Positions 45,202 to 54,988 of a stretch of DNA of 64,000 nucleotides are shown here, one piece after another. Both the position numbers and the translations under genes were made by a program. How positions within the stretch are numbered: position 1 is the stretch's first letter; the number at the start of each line of letters is the position of its first letter. Below the pieces are notes generated by a model. That model was not told where the DNA came from, searched no databases, and worked only from the letters and a program-made list of their open reading frames with translations. The stretch is from Candidatus Multivoradales bacterium (GTDB lineage Bacteria > Acidobacteriota > Thermoanaerobaculia > Multivoradales > Multivoraceae): positions 480,001 through 544,000 of the forward strand of contig CBDCWI010000002.1 in the NCBI GenBank assembly GCA_965223325.1, read 5' to 3'.

Positions 45202-47925
45202 ATGTCGGGCCATACCCTCTCGAGAGACGACTCAGTCGGTCAGTACCGCATCCGCGAACGGATCGGCGCGGGCGGCATGGGCGAGGTGTTCCTGGCCACC
45301 GACCTCGGTACGGGACGCGAGGTGGCCATCAAGGCACTGCCCGACGATTGCAACGACAGTCCGGCGACCAAAGAGCGGCGCCAGGCCCGATTCAGACGGG
45401 AAGCCCGAGCCCTGGCCGCTCTCGATCACCCGGGCATCGTCACTCTCTACGAGCTCGAAGAGGCCGAAGAGCGCACCTACTTGGTCATGGAGTACGTCCG
45501 TGGGGTCACGCTCGATAGGCATCTCAGAGGGCGTTTGCCCGAGGCCGGTAGGTTCCGGGAACTCGCACTTGCGCTCTGCGATGCGATTGCCGCTGCTCAC
45601 GAGGCTGGAATCACCCATCGGGACATCAAGCCCGCAAACATCATGGTTACCCGAGACGGTCAGGTCAGGGTCCTCGACTTCGGTGTCGCCCGGTTTACCA
45701 GATCAGAGCTCGGCGACATCACCAGCGGGCTGCACTCACTCACCGTCGAAGGCGAAACACCCGGCACGCTGTCGTACATGTCGCCTGAGCAGCTGCTGGC
45801 CAAGGAGATCGGCCTGCCCTCGGACGTGTTCTCTCTCGGCGTCACCATCTATGAGATGGCGACGGGCACGCGACCGTTCGACGGCACCACTGGCCCCGAG
45901 ATCACGTCGGCGATCCTGCGTGATGAGCCGAGGCCCCTCCAGTCTCTGCGCCCCGACCTCGGCAGTTGCATCTCGGACATCATCGACCGCTGCCTGATGA
46001 AGGACCCCGGGAACCGCTTCCAGAACGCCGGCGACCTGCGAGCGGCGCTCTCTAAGGCACCGGTCGTAGCAGCTCCCTTGGAACCTCTCGTAGAGGCTTC
46101 GAATCGAGCGGGCAATCGAGGCGAGGTTGCCAGAAGGCGCGCCGGCACCGTTACCCTGGTCGCAGTCGGAGCCGTCGCACTGGTCGTGCTGGCCCTCGTG
46201 GGAGCTCGGGGAAGCGACCAGCGCGGCACGACCGGCAGCGAAACGGCTGCGGGGCTCCTTGAGCTTGGTGCAAACGTTGCACCAGGGCGCCTCTCCCACC
46301 TCGAGGGGTCAGTGCGCGGACCTCGTTTCGCTCCCGACGGTTCCTTCGTCGTCTACGAGAACATCGCCTCTCGCGAGACCTACCATGACCAGTCGGCATT
46401 GATCCTTCGCTCCCTCGATCAGGACGAGGTCACCGAGCTCGCCTCCGCTGCGGGCGGAGTCCACGCCACCCCGGCTGTGTCTCCCGACGGCCAGACCATC
46501 GCCTACACCTCGTTCAGTCGCAACAGTCCAGAGCATCTCCTCTATGCAATCGACATCAGAAGCCGCGAGAAGCGACAGTTGACCACCACGCCGGCCAGCT
46601 TTCCAGACTGGTCGCCGAGCGGCGACCACATCGTCTTCTCAACCGGCTTCTACGATCCGCCGTTCCACCGACGGGCGGGCTCGAGGCTCGCCATCCTCAA
46701 CCTGGCGACAACCAGGGTGACCCACCTCGACACCCTGGGGAAAGGCGCCGACGAACCCGCCTGGTCTCCCGACGGTCGGTGGATCGCCTTCTCCCGGACG
46801 ACGGAGCGCGGCTTCGACATCAGCGTCATCGAAGCGGACGGCGACCGCCAGCACAGACTTACCGAGCTGCCCGGCCGCCAGTCCTCGCCCGCCTGGGCCT
46901 GTGACGGCCGCTGCCTCTTCTTTCTGCACGACGAGAACACCTTCCGCTACAGCCTCTGGTCGCTCGCCTTCGATGGGTCAACCGGACGGGCGGCGAGTGA
47001 ACCCGTCAAGGTGCAAACGTCGGTCCCGATGGCGGCGGACTTTGCGATTCGAGACCTCTCGTCCCCGTCATCGCTTCGCTTCGAGCTCATGCTCACCGAC
47101 CGCGAAGAGCGCGCCGCGATGATTGCCCACCGGCTCGGGACCAACCTCGAGGTCGTCGCCACCGACGACCTGGCCCCGGGGGTGCGCATGAGCGCAGGCG
47201 CCTCGTTCAGCCCCACCGGCGCCCTCGCCTACACGGTCGGGGAGTCTCCGGCGGTGCGCCTCTATCTCCGTGGTCCGGAAGATGCCGAACCAGTGGCGCT
47301 CACTACCGGTGAGCTCGAAGCCACCAGGCCTCTCTGGACCGCAAAGAGCGACCGCATCTACTTCCAGGCGCGGCCGATCGACGAAAACGGCGTTCGTCCC
47401 GGGCGCGAAACCTGGTACGTGGAGTTGGTGGATCGATCGCTTCATGTCGTCGCGGGCAGCGCTGGGATGATTGGAGTCTCGATATCGCCCGATGAGCGTT
47501 GGCTGGCCGGGTTGATCGAGCGCGACGAGCCGGGAACCTTCGTCCTCCTCGATCTCAAAGAGCCGGAGAGCTCTCGCAGTCCCCAACGTTTCGAACCGGC
47601 AAACCCGGGCGGGCTCGCCTTCTGGTCCCCGGACAGCCGCCGCTTCCTGGTTCTCGTTGACGGTGAGTGGATGGTCTGTCGCCCAACGTCCGATTGCCAA
47701 CCTGGCGGGTTCGAAGGCGTCCCACAGTGGCACGACTCTTCGCGGGTCCTGGTGCAGCGGCCGGGAGAGCGCATGATCACCAACGTCGACACCGGACAGA
47801 TCGAGCGGTCCTTCGAGGTCAAAGACCGCCTCGTCGGACGCTACTTCCCGGTGCCCGGGGTGTTGCTCGAACACCGTTGGTTCACCGATTCGTCGCTCTG
47901 GCGCACAGAGCTCTCACCGCGCTAA
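45202..47925 (+). CDS. Hanks-type Ser/Thr kinase with TM and TolB/PD40 beta-propeller
   Basis: IGAGGMGEV, VAIK, HRDIKPAN, DFG, GTLSYMSPE; repeated P.(W/F)SPDG. Confidence 0.93.
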   Translation: MSGHTLSRDDSVGQYRIRERIGAGGMGEVFLATDLGTGREVAIKALPDDCNDSPATKERRQARFRREARALAALDHPGIVTLYELEEAEERTYLVMEYVRGVTLDRHLRGRLPEAGRFRELALALCDAIAAAHEAGITHRDIKPANIMVTRDGQVRVLDFGVARFTRSELGDITSGLHSLTVEGETPGTLSYMSPEQLLAKEIGLPSDVFSLGVTIYEMATGTRPFDGTTGPEITSAILRDEPRPLQSLRPDLGSCISDIIDRCLMKDPGNRFQNAGDLRAALSKAPVVAAPLEPLVEASNRAGNRGEVARRRAGTVTLVAVGAVALVVLALVGARGSDQRGTTGSETAAGLLELGANVAPGRLSHLEGSVRGPRFAPDGSFVVYENIASRETYHDQSALILRSLDQDEVTELASAAGGVHATPAVSPDGQTIAYTSFSRNSPEHLLYAIDIRSREKRQLTTTPASFPDWSPSGDHIVFSTGFYDPPFHRRAGSRLAILNLATTRVTHLDTLGKGADEPAWSPDGRWIAFSRTTERGFDISVIEADGDRQHRLTELPGRQSSPAWACDGRCLFFLHDENTFRYSLWSLAFDGSTGRAASEPVKVQTSVPMAADFAIRDLSSPSSLRFELMLTDREERAAMIAHRLGTNLEVVATDDLAPGVRMSAGASFSPTGALAYTVGESPAVRLYLRGPEDAEPVALTTGELEATRPLWTAKSDRIYFQARPIDENGVRPGRETWYVELVDRSLHVVAGSAGMIGVSISPDERWLAGLIERDEPGTFVLLDLKEPESSRSPQRFEPANPGGLAFWSPDSRRFLVLVDGEWMVCRPTSDCQPGGFEGVPQWHDSSRVLVQRPGERMITNVDTGQIERSFEVKDRLVGRYFPVPGVLLEHRWFTDSSLWRTELSPR

Positions 47926-48115
47926 CGCCCTGGCGCTCCGGCGCTCCGCCGTCATGTGTTCCACGCGCCCAGGCGAGGCCTCCGGCGTCTACGCCGCTGC
48001 CGTGCACCCGGAGGCGAAACGAGCAACCCCACCCAGAGAAACGAGCTCTCGAGGTCCGAGAGTCTCTGAATCTCCAGCAGAACGACGGCTGCTTCGGCCA
48101 GGCACACCGATCCCC

Positions 48116-49561
48116 TCACATGCCAAGCCGCAACATTCGCTTGCGAAGCCCTTCGCGGGTGATCCCGAGGGTGCGCGCAGCCTGGCTCTTGTTGCCACCC
48201 GACATGAGAAGGTGGGCCTCGACCAGTTGACGTTCGACCTCCTCGGGATCGGGAAGCGCTGCTCGTGGGTCGCCCCTTTGCACTTCCTCGGAAAGGTGAA
48301 CCACGTCGAGCGCCTCCTCCGGCGCCGCGACGGCCAGCATGCGCGCCACTTCGTTCTCGAGCTGACGCACGTTGCCGGGCCAGGCGAAGGTCACCAGGCG
48401 CTCTTCGAGCGCCCGAGTCAGGCGCCGGTGGCCAGCCCCCCCACCAACCAGAAAGAAGCGCACGAGCGGCAAGACATCGACGCGGCGATCCGACAATGGA
48501 GGCACTCGGCTCTTGACGGCGTTCAAGCGAAAGTACAGATCTTCGCGAAAGCGCCCCGCCTCGACCTCGGCCACCAGGTCGCGGTTGGTCGCGGTGACGA
48601 ACCGCACATCGAGGGCAACCGTCGCGTCCGAACCGACCGGCCGTACCTCACCTTCCTGGAGCACACGCAGGAGTTTCGGCTGCAGGCTGAGCGGCAGTTC
48701 CCCGACTTCGTCGAGGAAGAGGGTACCGGCATCGGCTGTCATCAGGATGCCGGCGCGGCCCCTGGAGGCGCCGGTATAGGCACCGCGCCGGTGGCCGAAG
48801 AGTTCGGCCTCGAAGAGGCCTTCTGACAGCTCGCCGCAGTTCAGGGCCACGAACGGCCCCGAGGCGCGAGCGCTCGCTGCATGCAGGGAGCGCGCGACCA
48901 ACTCCTTGCCCGCGCCCGTCGGGCCCTCGATCAGCACCGGTAGATCGGTCACGGCGACCCGTGCCAGAACTTCGAGGTCGCGTCGCCAGGCTGGATCGCG
49001 GGTTGGTTCCCCCGACCATGGAAGAGACGGTAACGGTGCACTGTGTGCCTGGTCGATCTGCGACGACAAGAGCCCGTCGGCGAGCTCAACGATCTGCTCG
49101 AAGACTGCCAGGTCATCGTCGTCGAACGGCTCCGTCTTGCCCGAACGCTCAACGTAGAGGGCACCGTGGCTGCCAGCACTGGTGCGCAGCGGTGCCACGA
49201 GTACGGAACGAATGCCGAGTGACAGAACGCTCGGAGCTTCTTGGAAACGCTCATCGACCGCCGCATCCCGAACCAGCATCGTGTCACCACGTTCGAGCGC
49301 TGCCTCGACGATGGTCGTCGACAGCCTGCCGCGGCGGCTCTCGAGATCGTCAGGCTGCCAGTTACGCAGGACGCGATAGCTCAGATCCGAGCCCTCGCGA
49401 ACCGCGAGCAGCGCGTTGTCACCCATCAGGAGTTCGAGCGCCGACGTTGCGACCTGCTCGAGACTCGCATCTCCAGCCTCGGTCGCCAGGAGCCGACGCG
49501 CGAGATCGTAGAGGCCCTGAAGGCGCGACTCGACCAAGCGAGGGCCGACGAGTGAGTTCAT
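48116..49561 (-). CDS. Sigma54-dependent enhancer-binding protein (GAF-AAA+-Fis HTH)
   Basis: [55 protein letters not shown]; start uncertain (49561 or 49567). Confidence 0.93.
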   Translation of the reverse strand: MNSLVGPRLVESRLQGLYDLARRLLATEAGDASLEQVATSALELLMGDNALLAVREGSDLSYRVLRNWQPDDLESRRGRLSTTIVEAALERGDTMLVRDAAVDERFQEAPSVLSLGIRSVLVAPLRTSAGSHGALYVERSGKTEPFDDDDLAVFEQIVELADGLLSSQIDQAHSAPLPSLPWSGEPTRDPAWRRDLEVLARVAVTDLPVLIEGPTGAGKELVARSLHAASARASGPFVALNCGELSEGLFEAELFGHRRGAYTGASRGRAGILMTADAGTLFLDEVGELPLSLQPKLLRVLQEGEVRPVGSDATVALDVRFVTATNRDLVAEVEAGRFREDLYFRLNAVKSRVPPLSDRRVDVLPLVRFFLVGGGAGHRRLTRALEERLVTFAWPGNVRQLENEVARMLAVAAPEEALDVVHLSEEVQRGDPRAALPDPEEVERQLVEAHLLMSGGNKSQAARTLGITREGLRKRMLRLGM

Positions 49562-49629
49562 GACCATGAGTGTAGCTCGCCAAGAAGTCCTGCCACCTGC
49601 CAACCCGCCGGCATGACTGACGGAAAAAG

Positions 49630-49647
49630 CGCCAACTCGAGTTGGCG
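49630..49647. promoter_or_regulatory. Perfect 18-bp palindrome, candidate activator site (UAS)
   Basis: CGCCAACTCGAGTTGGCG, ~65-80 bp upstream of the sigma54 promoter. Confidence 0.55.
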
Positions 49648-49710
49648 GTGTGGGCAGAAGCTCACGGGTTACTGAGAGTCTTCGCTCGTTCTCCAGGACG
49701 TTTTCGAACC

Positions 49711-49726
49711 TGGCACGGTGCCTGCT
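49711..49726 (+). promoter_or_regulatory. Sigma54 -24/-12 promoter
   Basis: TGGCACG-GTGC-CTGCT versus consensus TGGCACG-N4-TTGCW, divergent from a bEBP gene. Confidence 0.75.
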
Positions 49727-49811
49727 CTAGCTCCTGACTGTCCCTCGACAACCTTCCCCTCGACAACATTCCCCTGGACCACACTTCAGGGCGAAAAGGA
49801 GTTTCACCAAC

Positions 49812-50279
49812 GTGACCAGCAACAAGAACAGCAGGATCCTCCTCGCACCTCTCGTCGCCGTCTTCGTGCTACTTCTCGCAGGCGGCCCCTCGAGCGCTCA
49901 AGAACCACCGGGCACCGAAGATATCCCCGGGCCGCTCTTGATCAACTTCGAGAAAAGCGCCATCGACCAGGGTGTCTGGAAAGGGCATGTGGCGGGAAAC
50001 CAGTACGCCAATCTGCGCTCCTACCTGATCGAGCTCGAGACGCTCGAGAAAATCTGGTTGGTCAAGTTCGACTGGGTCATCCGCGACTGGCAGAGCCCAG
50101 CGCTTTCGTTCACCGCTCGCATGGCCGGAATCCTCAACACAGAGACCGGGCGCGTCTTCATGCGCGGTGAGGTGATCGAGGGTTACAGGAAGGGCGCAGA
50201 GGTCAAAGAGGAGGGTTGGTTGATCGACGCCGACACCCTCACCTTCAAGGGCAAGATCGAGGTCTCTCCCCTTCCGTGA
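49812..50279 (+). CDS. Secreted beta-rich hypothetical protein
   Basis: AAGGAG RBS, GTG start, signal peptide ending SSA-QE, alternating beta-strand pattern. Confidence 0.78.
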   Translation: MTSNKNSRILLAPLVAVFVLLLAGGPSSAQEPPGTEDIPGPLLINFEKSAIDQGVWKGHVAGNQYANLRSYLIELETLEKIWLVKFDWVIRDWQSPALSFTARMAGILNTETGRVFMRGEVIEGYRKGAEVKEEGWLIDADTLTFKGKIEVSPLP

Positions 50280-50334
50280 GGGCGCAGTCGCCAGGGCACC
50301 GCAGCCGGAACGCTCTGGCCGAGGCCTGAGCCTT

Positions 50335-52488
50335 CTAGGGCCGACTCTGAGCCCGGTCGATGACGTAGGCACGGACTGCCTGCGTGTCCTCCGGGCTCAG
50401 AACGTCGGCGAACGAGGCCATGCCGCGGGCCTCGAAACGACCGTCGAGTACGATCTCCTCGAAGTTGTCGAACACCGCCCTGCGTGAGTAGCGAAGGTCG
50501 CTGATCAAACCGTTCGACTCGAGCGCACCACCGTGGCAGACCGCGCAGAACTCCGAGTACAGCACTTCACCGGTCGCAATCTGCTCCGGCGAACCGAACG
50601 GCTCAGGTAGAGGTCCGGCGGCGTCGGCCTTTCGTTCGACCACCGGCATCTCGGCAGTTCCGTCGAGCCGATAGGTGAGCACCCGCCCCGGGTTGAGGTG
50701 GGTCTTGGCGATTGCCTTGGCACCGCCGCCGACACCGCCCCAGCCAGCGACCACGGTGATGTGCTGGATTTCGTCTGCCTGCCACGCGATCGGCGGTGCG
50801 ATGATGCCGACGTTCGGACTGCTCTCCCAGAGCTTCTCACCGTCGCTGGCACGGTAGGCAGAGAACTTGCCGTCGGCGGTGCCCTGGAAAATGAGATTCC
50901 CAGCCGTGGACAGCAGCCCACCGTTCGAGCGCGAGGGTTGTTCGACGCGCCACGCCTCACGGCCGGCCACCGGATCCCACGCCTGCAGAAAACCCTGCGC
51001 TTCGGGCACCTCGAAGGCAGCACGACTTGCTTCGTCGCGCGCCGTACCGAGGTTCCACGCTCCGGGTGTGTATTCGAAGTCCTTGGCCAGGCCGTAGACC
51101 GAACCGCGCCGGTGCATGGGGATGTAGACCAGGCCGGTCTGGGGGCTAAACGCCATCGGCTGCCAGTTGTGCGCCCCACCCGGACTCGGGAAGATCAGCC
51201 GCGGCTCTTCGTCGTAGTTGCCGCCCGGAAGCTCGACCGGCCGGCCGGTGGCCATATCGACATGGCTCGCCCAGGTCAGATAGCCGAACTTCTCGGCTGA
51301 CAGGAGCTCCCCGGTCTCTCGGTCGATGACGTAGAAGAAGCCGTTCTTGGGCGCCTGCATGAGCACCCGACGGAGTTTGCCGGAGATCTCGAGGTCGGCG
51401 AGGATGATGTTCTGGGTGGCCGTGTAGTCCCAGTTGTCACCGGGTGTCGTCTGGTAGTGCCATACCAGGGAGCCGTCGCTGGGTGAGAGCGCCAGAATCG
51501 ACGACAGGTACAGGTTGTCGCCGCCGCCCGGGCTCCGCCAGGCCCGCGCCCAGGGGGTGCCGTTGCCGGTGCCGACGTAGAGCAGATCGAGGTCAGGGTC
51601 GTAGGCCATGCCGTCCCAGACAGTGCCGCCACCACCGACGACCCACCACTCACCCTTCCAGGTCGACGCGGCGCGTTCCATGGCCGCGTTTTCGAAACCG
51701 TCGGCCGGATTGCCGGGCACGGTATAGAAGCGCCACAGAAGTTCGCCATCCTCGCTGTCATAGGCGGACACGTACCCACGCACACCGTACTCCGCACCCC
51801 CATTGCCGATGATCACCCGCTTGCCGATGACCCGCGGTGCACCGGTGATGGTGTACGGACGCTCACGGTCGACGGTAAGAACCTCCCAGGCGACTTCGCC
51901 GGTCGCCGCTTCGAGCTTGACCAACCGGCCATCGAGCGTCCCGAGGAAGACGTGCTCTCTTGAGATCGCTACGCCGCGGTTGACGACATCGCAACAGGCG
52001 TAGCGACCCCACTCCCCCGGCACGTCGGGATCGTAGATCCACAAGAGCTCACCGGTCATGGCGTCGAGTGCGTGCACGCCGGACCAGGGAGTGGTGACGA
52101 ACATCTGACCGTCGGCAACGATCGGCGTCGCTTCGTGACCTCTGGTACGCCCGGTGTCGTATGACCAGGCGAGCCCAAGGCGCGAGACGTTGCTCTCGTC
52201 GATCTGGGTGAGCGGCGAGTGACGTTGCTCACTGTAGTTGCGCCCATGCGTGAGCCAGCTGCCCGGTTCGTCGTCGGCAGCCAGTAGACGGGCGCCGGTG
52301 ACGCCAGACTCGGGACCGGTGGCAGCCGCCGGCTCGACGGCCGAGGGTTCTTGAGCTTCAGGTGGCGCGCAGCCGAGGAGGCCAGCGACGCCGAGGCCGA
52401 GGGCAACGGTGAGGAAGAAGGACACCCTTCCGGATGCCGAGCGGTATCGGAACAAATCGAGCTGGCGAACGCACCGATCAATCGTCAT
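50335..52488 (-). CDS. Quinohemoprotein (type II) PQQ alcohol dehydrogenase, lipoprotein
   Basis: GLLGC lipobox, ACCDVVNRG vicinal disulfide, GNGGAEYGVRG, WDYTATQ, C-terminal CAVCH heme c. Confidence 0.92.
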   Translation of the reverse strand: MTIDRCVRQLDLFRYRSASGRVSFFLTVALGLGVAGLLGCAPPEAQEPSAVEPAAATGPESGVTGARLLAADDEPGSWLTHGRNYSEQRHSPLTQIDESNVSRLGLAWSYDTGRTRGHEATPIVADGQMFVTTPWSGVHALDAMTGELLWIYDPDVPGEWGRYACCDVVNRGVAISREHVFLGTLDGRLVKLEAATGEVAWEVLTVDRERPYTITGAPRVIGKRVIIGNGGAEYGVRGYVSAYDSEDGELLWRFYTVPGNPADGFENAAMERAASTWKGEWWVVGGGGTVWDGMAYDPDLDLLYVGTGNGTPWARAWRSPGGGDNLYLSSILALSPSDGSLVWHYQTTPGDNWDYTATQNIILADLEISGKLRRVLMQAPKNGFFYVIDRETGELLSAEKFGYLTWASHVDMATGRPVELPGGNYDEEPRLIFPSPGGAHNWQPMAFSPQTGLVYIPMHRRGSVYGLAKDFEYTPGAWNLGTARDEASRAAFEVPEAQGFLQAWDPVAGREAWRVEQPSRSNGGLLSTAGNLIFQGTADGKFSAYRASDGEKLWESSPNVGIIAPPIAWQADEIQHITVVAGWGGVGGGAKAIAKTHLNPGRVLTYRLDGTAEMPVVERKADAAGPLPEPFGSPEQIATGEVLYSEFCAVCHGGALESNGLISDLRYSRRAVFDNFEEIVLDGRFEARGMASFADVLSPEDTQAVRAYVIDRAQSRP

Positions 52489-52534
52489 GACAGGTAGGCC
52501 CCCAAGGGGAAGAGTTGGTCTTCGGATGAATCGT

Positions 52535-53512
52535 CTAGGAGAGAAAGGCCAGTGTACGATCTGCGGCGCGATCGGGATGTTCAATGTGCACGAAATGTCC
52601 ACAGTCGTCCCAGACTTCGACCGGTGTTCCCGGCGGCAGATACTGAGGCACCTCAGCCGGATCGGTGCCCCAACCCATCGGCTCGTTGATCTTCCCGAGG
52701 ATCACCATCATCGGTACCCGGATGTCGGCCAGACCGCGAAGGCCCCACTCCGGGCGCCAGGGACCGGGAACCATCATCTGGACGTGGGGATCGAGCTTCC
52801 AGCGCCAACCCTCGGGCGACCAGCGGGCGCCCACCGTCACAAGGTAGCGCAACCACTCCATGCTCGAGCGGGGGTTCATCCGCAAGCGCCGTTCGGCCAG
52901 TTCGTCGAGCGTTCCGGGACGGCGCTCCCTGGTTGCCATAGCCCGCCGACTGTCGAGGTATCGCTTCAGCCAGGCGGCCCTGCCCTCGACCCGTTCTTCG
53001 AGCGCTAGACCACGACTCCGCGAGCCCGACGACGCCTTAGGCACGCCGTCGATGTTGACCAGGTGGCTGAAACGCTCTGGGCGGGCGCCCACCAGGTGCG
53101 ACAACAAACCGCCGCCTTTGGAATGACCGACTGCTCGCACCGGTCGTTGCCCGACCGAGTCGAGCGCCGCTAGCGCGTCCCGACAGTCGGCACTCCAGCT
53201 GTAAAGGGCCGCGCGCGCCGAGTCGCCGTGCCCGCGATGGTCCCAGGAAACCACGCGGTAGCCCGCCGAAGCCAGACGCGGCGCGAAGCCATCGAAGGTG
53301 CGGGCGAAGTCCGCTCCGCCATGCGCGAGGAAGATCACGGGCGCCTCCGGGTCACCCCATTCGTAGACCGCCAGGTCGACTCCCGCGCTGTCGACCCTCT
53401 GCACGCGGTCGGGGGGACGGGTTCCGGGAAAGCGGTGCTGGGCGATCGCCTCGGTCACCGCTGCCTCATCGTGCGCGTCCTCGGCACCCTCTTTCAATGT
53501 GTCGGTCCCCAT
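52535..53512 (-). CDS. Alpha/beta hydrolase
   Basis: AHGG, DHRGHGDS, GHSKGG nucleophile, GHFVHIE. Confidence 0.9.
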   Translation of the reverse strand: MGTDTLKEGAEDAHDEAAVTEAIAQHRFPGTRPPDRVQRVDSAGVDLAVYEWGDPEAPVIFLAHGGADFARTFDGFAPRLASAGYRVVSWDHRGHGDSARAALYSWSADCRDALAALDSVGQRPVRAVGHSKGGGLLSHLVGARPERFSHLVNIDGVPKASSGSRSRGLALEERVEGRAAWLKRYLDSRRAMATRERRPGTLDELAERRLRMNPRSSMEWLRYLVTVGARWSPEGWRWKLDPHVQMMVPGPWRPEWGLRGLADIRVPMMVILGKINEPMGWGTDPAEVPQYLPPGTPVEVWDDCGHFVHIEHPDRAADRTLAFLS

Positions 53513-53597
53513 CTTCTTCTCGTGATCTTTGTTCCGCTGTCGAGCGAGCCTAGCCGAAGAGTGGTGCGCGGCCCCGTTCCAGAATAGATTGCTCGAG

Positions 53598-54722
53598 ATG
53601 AACCGTCACCCACGCCCATTCCGCCGCCCAGTTAGAAGACGTCGGCTGCACCGGCTAGCGCTTCTCTTGGCGCCCGGTCTCCTGATGCTCTCCTGCGGTC
53701 GCAACACCGAACCTCAGTCGCAGGCAACAATCAGAGGTGCGGCAATGGGTACCAGCTGGTCGGCCATCCTGATCACCGAGGAACCGCAGGACGCCTCGAC
53801 CCTGGCGAGCCTACAGGCCGCGGTGGTTCTCGAGATCGACCGACTCGAGGACATCCTCTCGACCTGGCGACCAGAATCTGATCTCTCCCGGTGGAACGAC
53901 ACCTCCTCGACTGAACCCCAACAGGTGCCGGAAGAGCTGGTCGCGGTCGTTCGTGTTGCTCTAGCGGTCGCGCAGGCCTCTGGGGGCGCGCTCGATCCAA
54001 CCGTGGCACCCGCTGTCGAGGCCTGGGGGTTCGCCGCCAGCGCACCGCAACCCACACCGCCCACCGAAGGAGGCCTGGCGCTCCTCCAGGAACGCATTGG
54101 GTTCGAGCGGGTGACGACTGGGAGTACCACGCTCTCGAAGTCGCACCCGGAGCTGACCCTCGACTTGTCGGCGATCGCCAAGGGCTGGGCCGTTGACCGG
54201 GTTTCCGACCTCCTGGTCGCGCGCGGCTACCGTGACACCCTGGTTGAGATCGGCGGCGAGCTGGTGGCCAGGGGCGAGAACGCAGCCGGCCACCCCTGGC
54301 AGTTGGCGATCGAACGACCGGTACGCAAGAGGAGCCAGCGACCAGCCGGGCTCGAACCCATCGAACGTGCGATCCATACGGTCATCGGCATGAGAGACGG
54401 TGCCCTGGCCACCTCTGGCGACTACCGCAATTGGCGAATCATCGGCGGTAAACGCGTCTCGCACACCATCGATCCACGCACCCTGCACCCGATCAGGCAT
54501 CGTCTGGCTTCGGTCAGTGTAATGGCGCAAGACTGCGCCACGGCCGACGCCTGGGCGACGGCACTCAACGTCATGGGGCCGAGACACGGCTTCGAGATGG
54601 CCAAGCACCACAAGATCGCCGCCTTCTTCCTCACCTACACGGACGACACCCGCCAGCAGGTCGAGGTCTGGCGATCACCCGAGTGGATCAGGCGAGTGGA
54701 TGAGCGAGCCGCGCAAGAGTAG
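53598..54722 (+). CDS. apbE: FAD:protein FMN transferase
   Basis: LMLSC lipobox, AMGT, DLSAIAKGWAVD, EIGGE, ATSGDYRN, SHTIDP, ADAWATAL. Confidence 0.95.
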   Translation: MNRHPRPFRRPVRRRRLHRLALLLAPGLLMLSCGRNTEPQSQATIRGAAMGTSWSAILITEEPQDASTLASLQAAVVLEIDRLEDILSTWRPESDLSRWNDTSSTEPQQVPEELVAVVRVALAVAQASGGALDPTVAPAVEAWGFAASAPQPTPPTEGGLALLQERIGFERVTTGSTTLSKSHPELTLDLSAIAKGWAVDRVSDLLVARGYRDTLVEIGGELVARGENAAGHPWQLAIERPVRKRSQRPAGLEPIERAIHTVIGMRDGALATSGDYRNWRIIGGKRVSHTIDPRTLHPIRHRLASVSVMAQDCATADAWATALNVMGPRHGFEMAKHHKIAAFFLTYTDDTRQQVEVWRSPEWIRRVDERAAQE

Positions 54723-54765
54723 TGGGCTCGCCGGGGCAGCGAGGCCGCTGGTAGAATCAAACCTC

Positions 54766-54960
54766 ATGGGACTCCTTTTGATCACCATAGTTCTCATCGG
54801 CCTCCTGGTCGTCGGGATGTCCATCGGGACCATCCTCCAGGGCCGTTGTCTAAGGGGCAGCTGCGGTGGGCCCGAGGTCCTCGGACCTGACGGTGAGTCA
54901 CTTTCCTGTGCGACCTGCCCAATGAAGAAGCTGCGCGAAAACGCTGGTGAAGCTACCTGA
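54766..54960 (+). CDS. nqrM: Na+-NQR maturation factor NqrM (DUF539)
   Basis: N-terminal TM, GMSIG, RGSCGG, CATC; directly downstream of apbE. Confidence 0.82.
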   Translation: MGLLLITIVLIGLLVVGMSIGTILQGRCLRGSCGGPEVLGPDGESLSCATCPMKKLRENAGEAT

Positions 54961-54988
54961 CAGCGGTCTGGCGTCGGTCCGCGTCCTG

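Noticed and set aside
50335-52488. Lanthanide-dependent dehydrogenase
   Set aside because: Active site reads WDYT, lacking the extra Asp (D-x-D) of XoxF/PedH/ExaF; consistent with a Ca2+ enzyme
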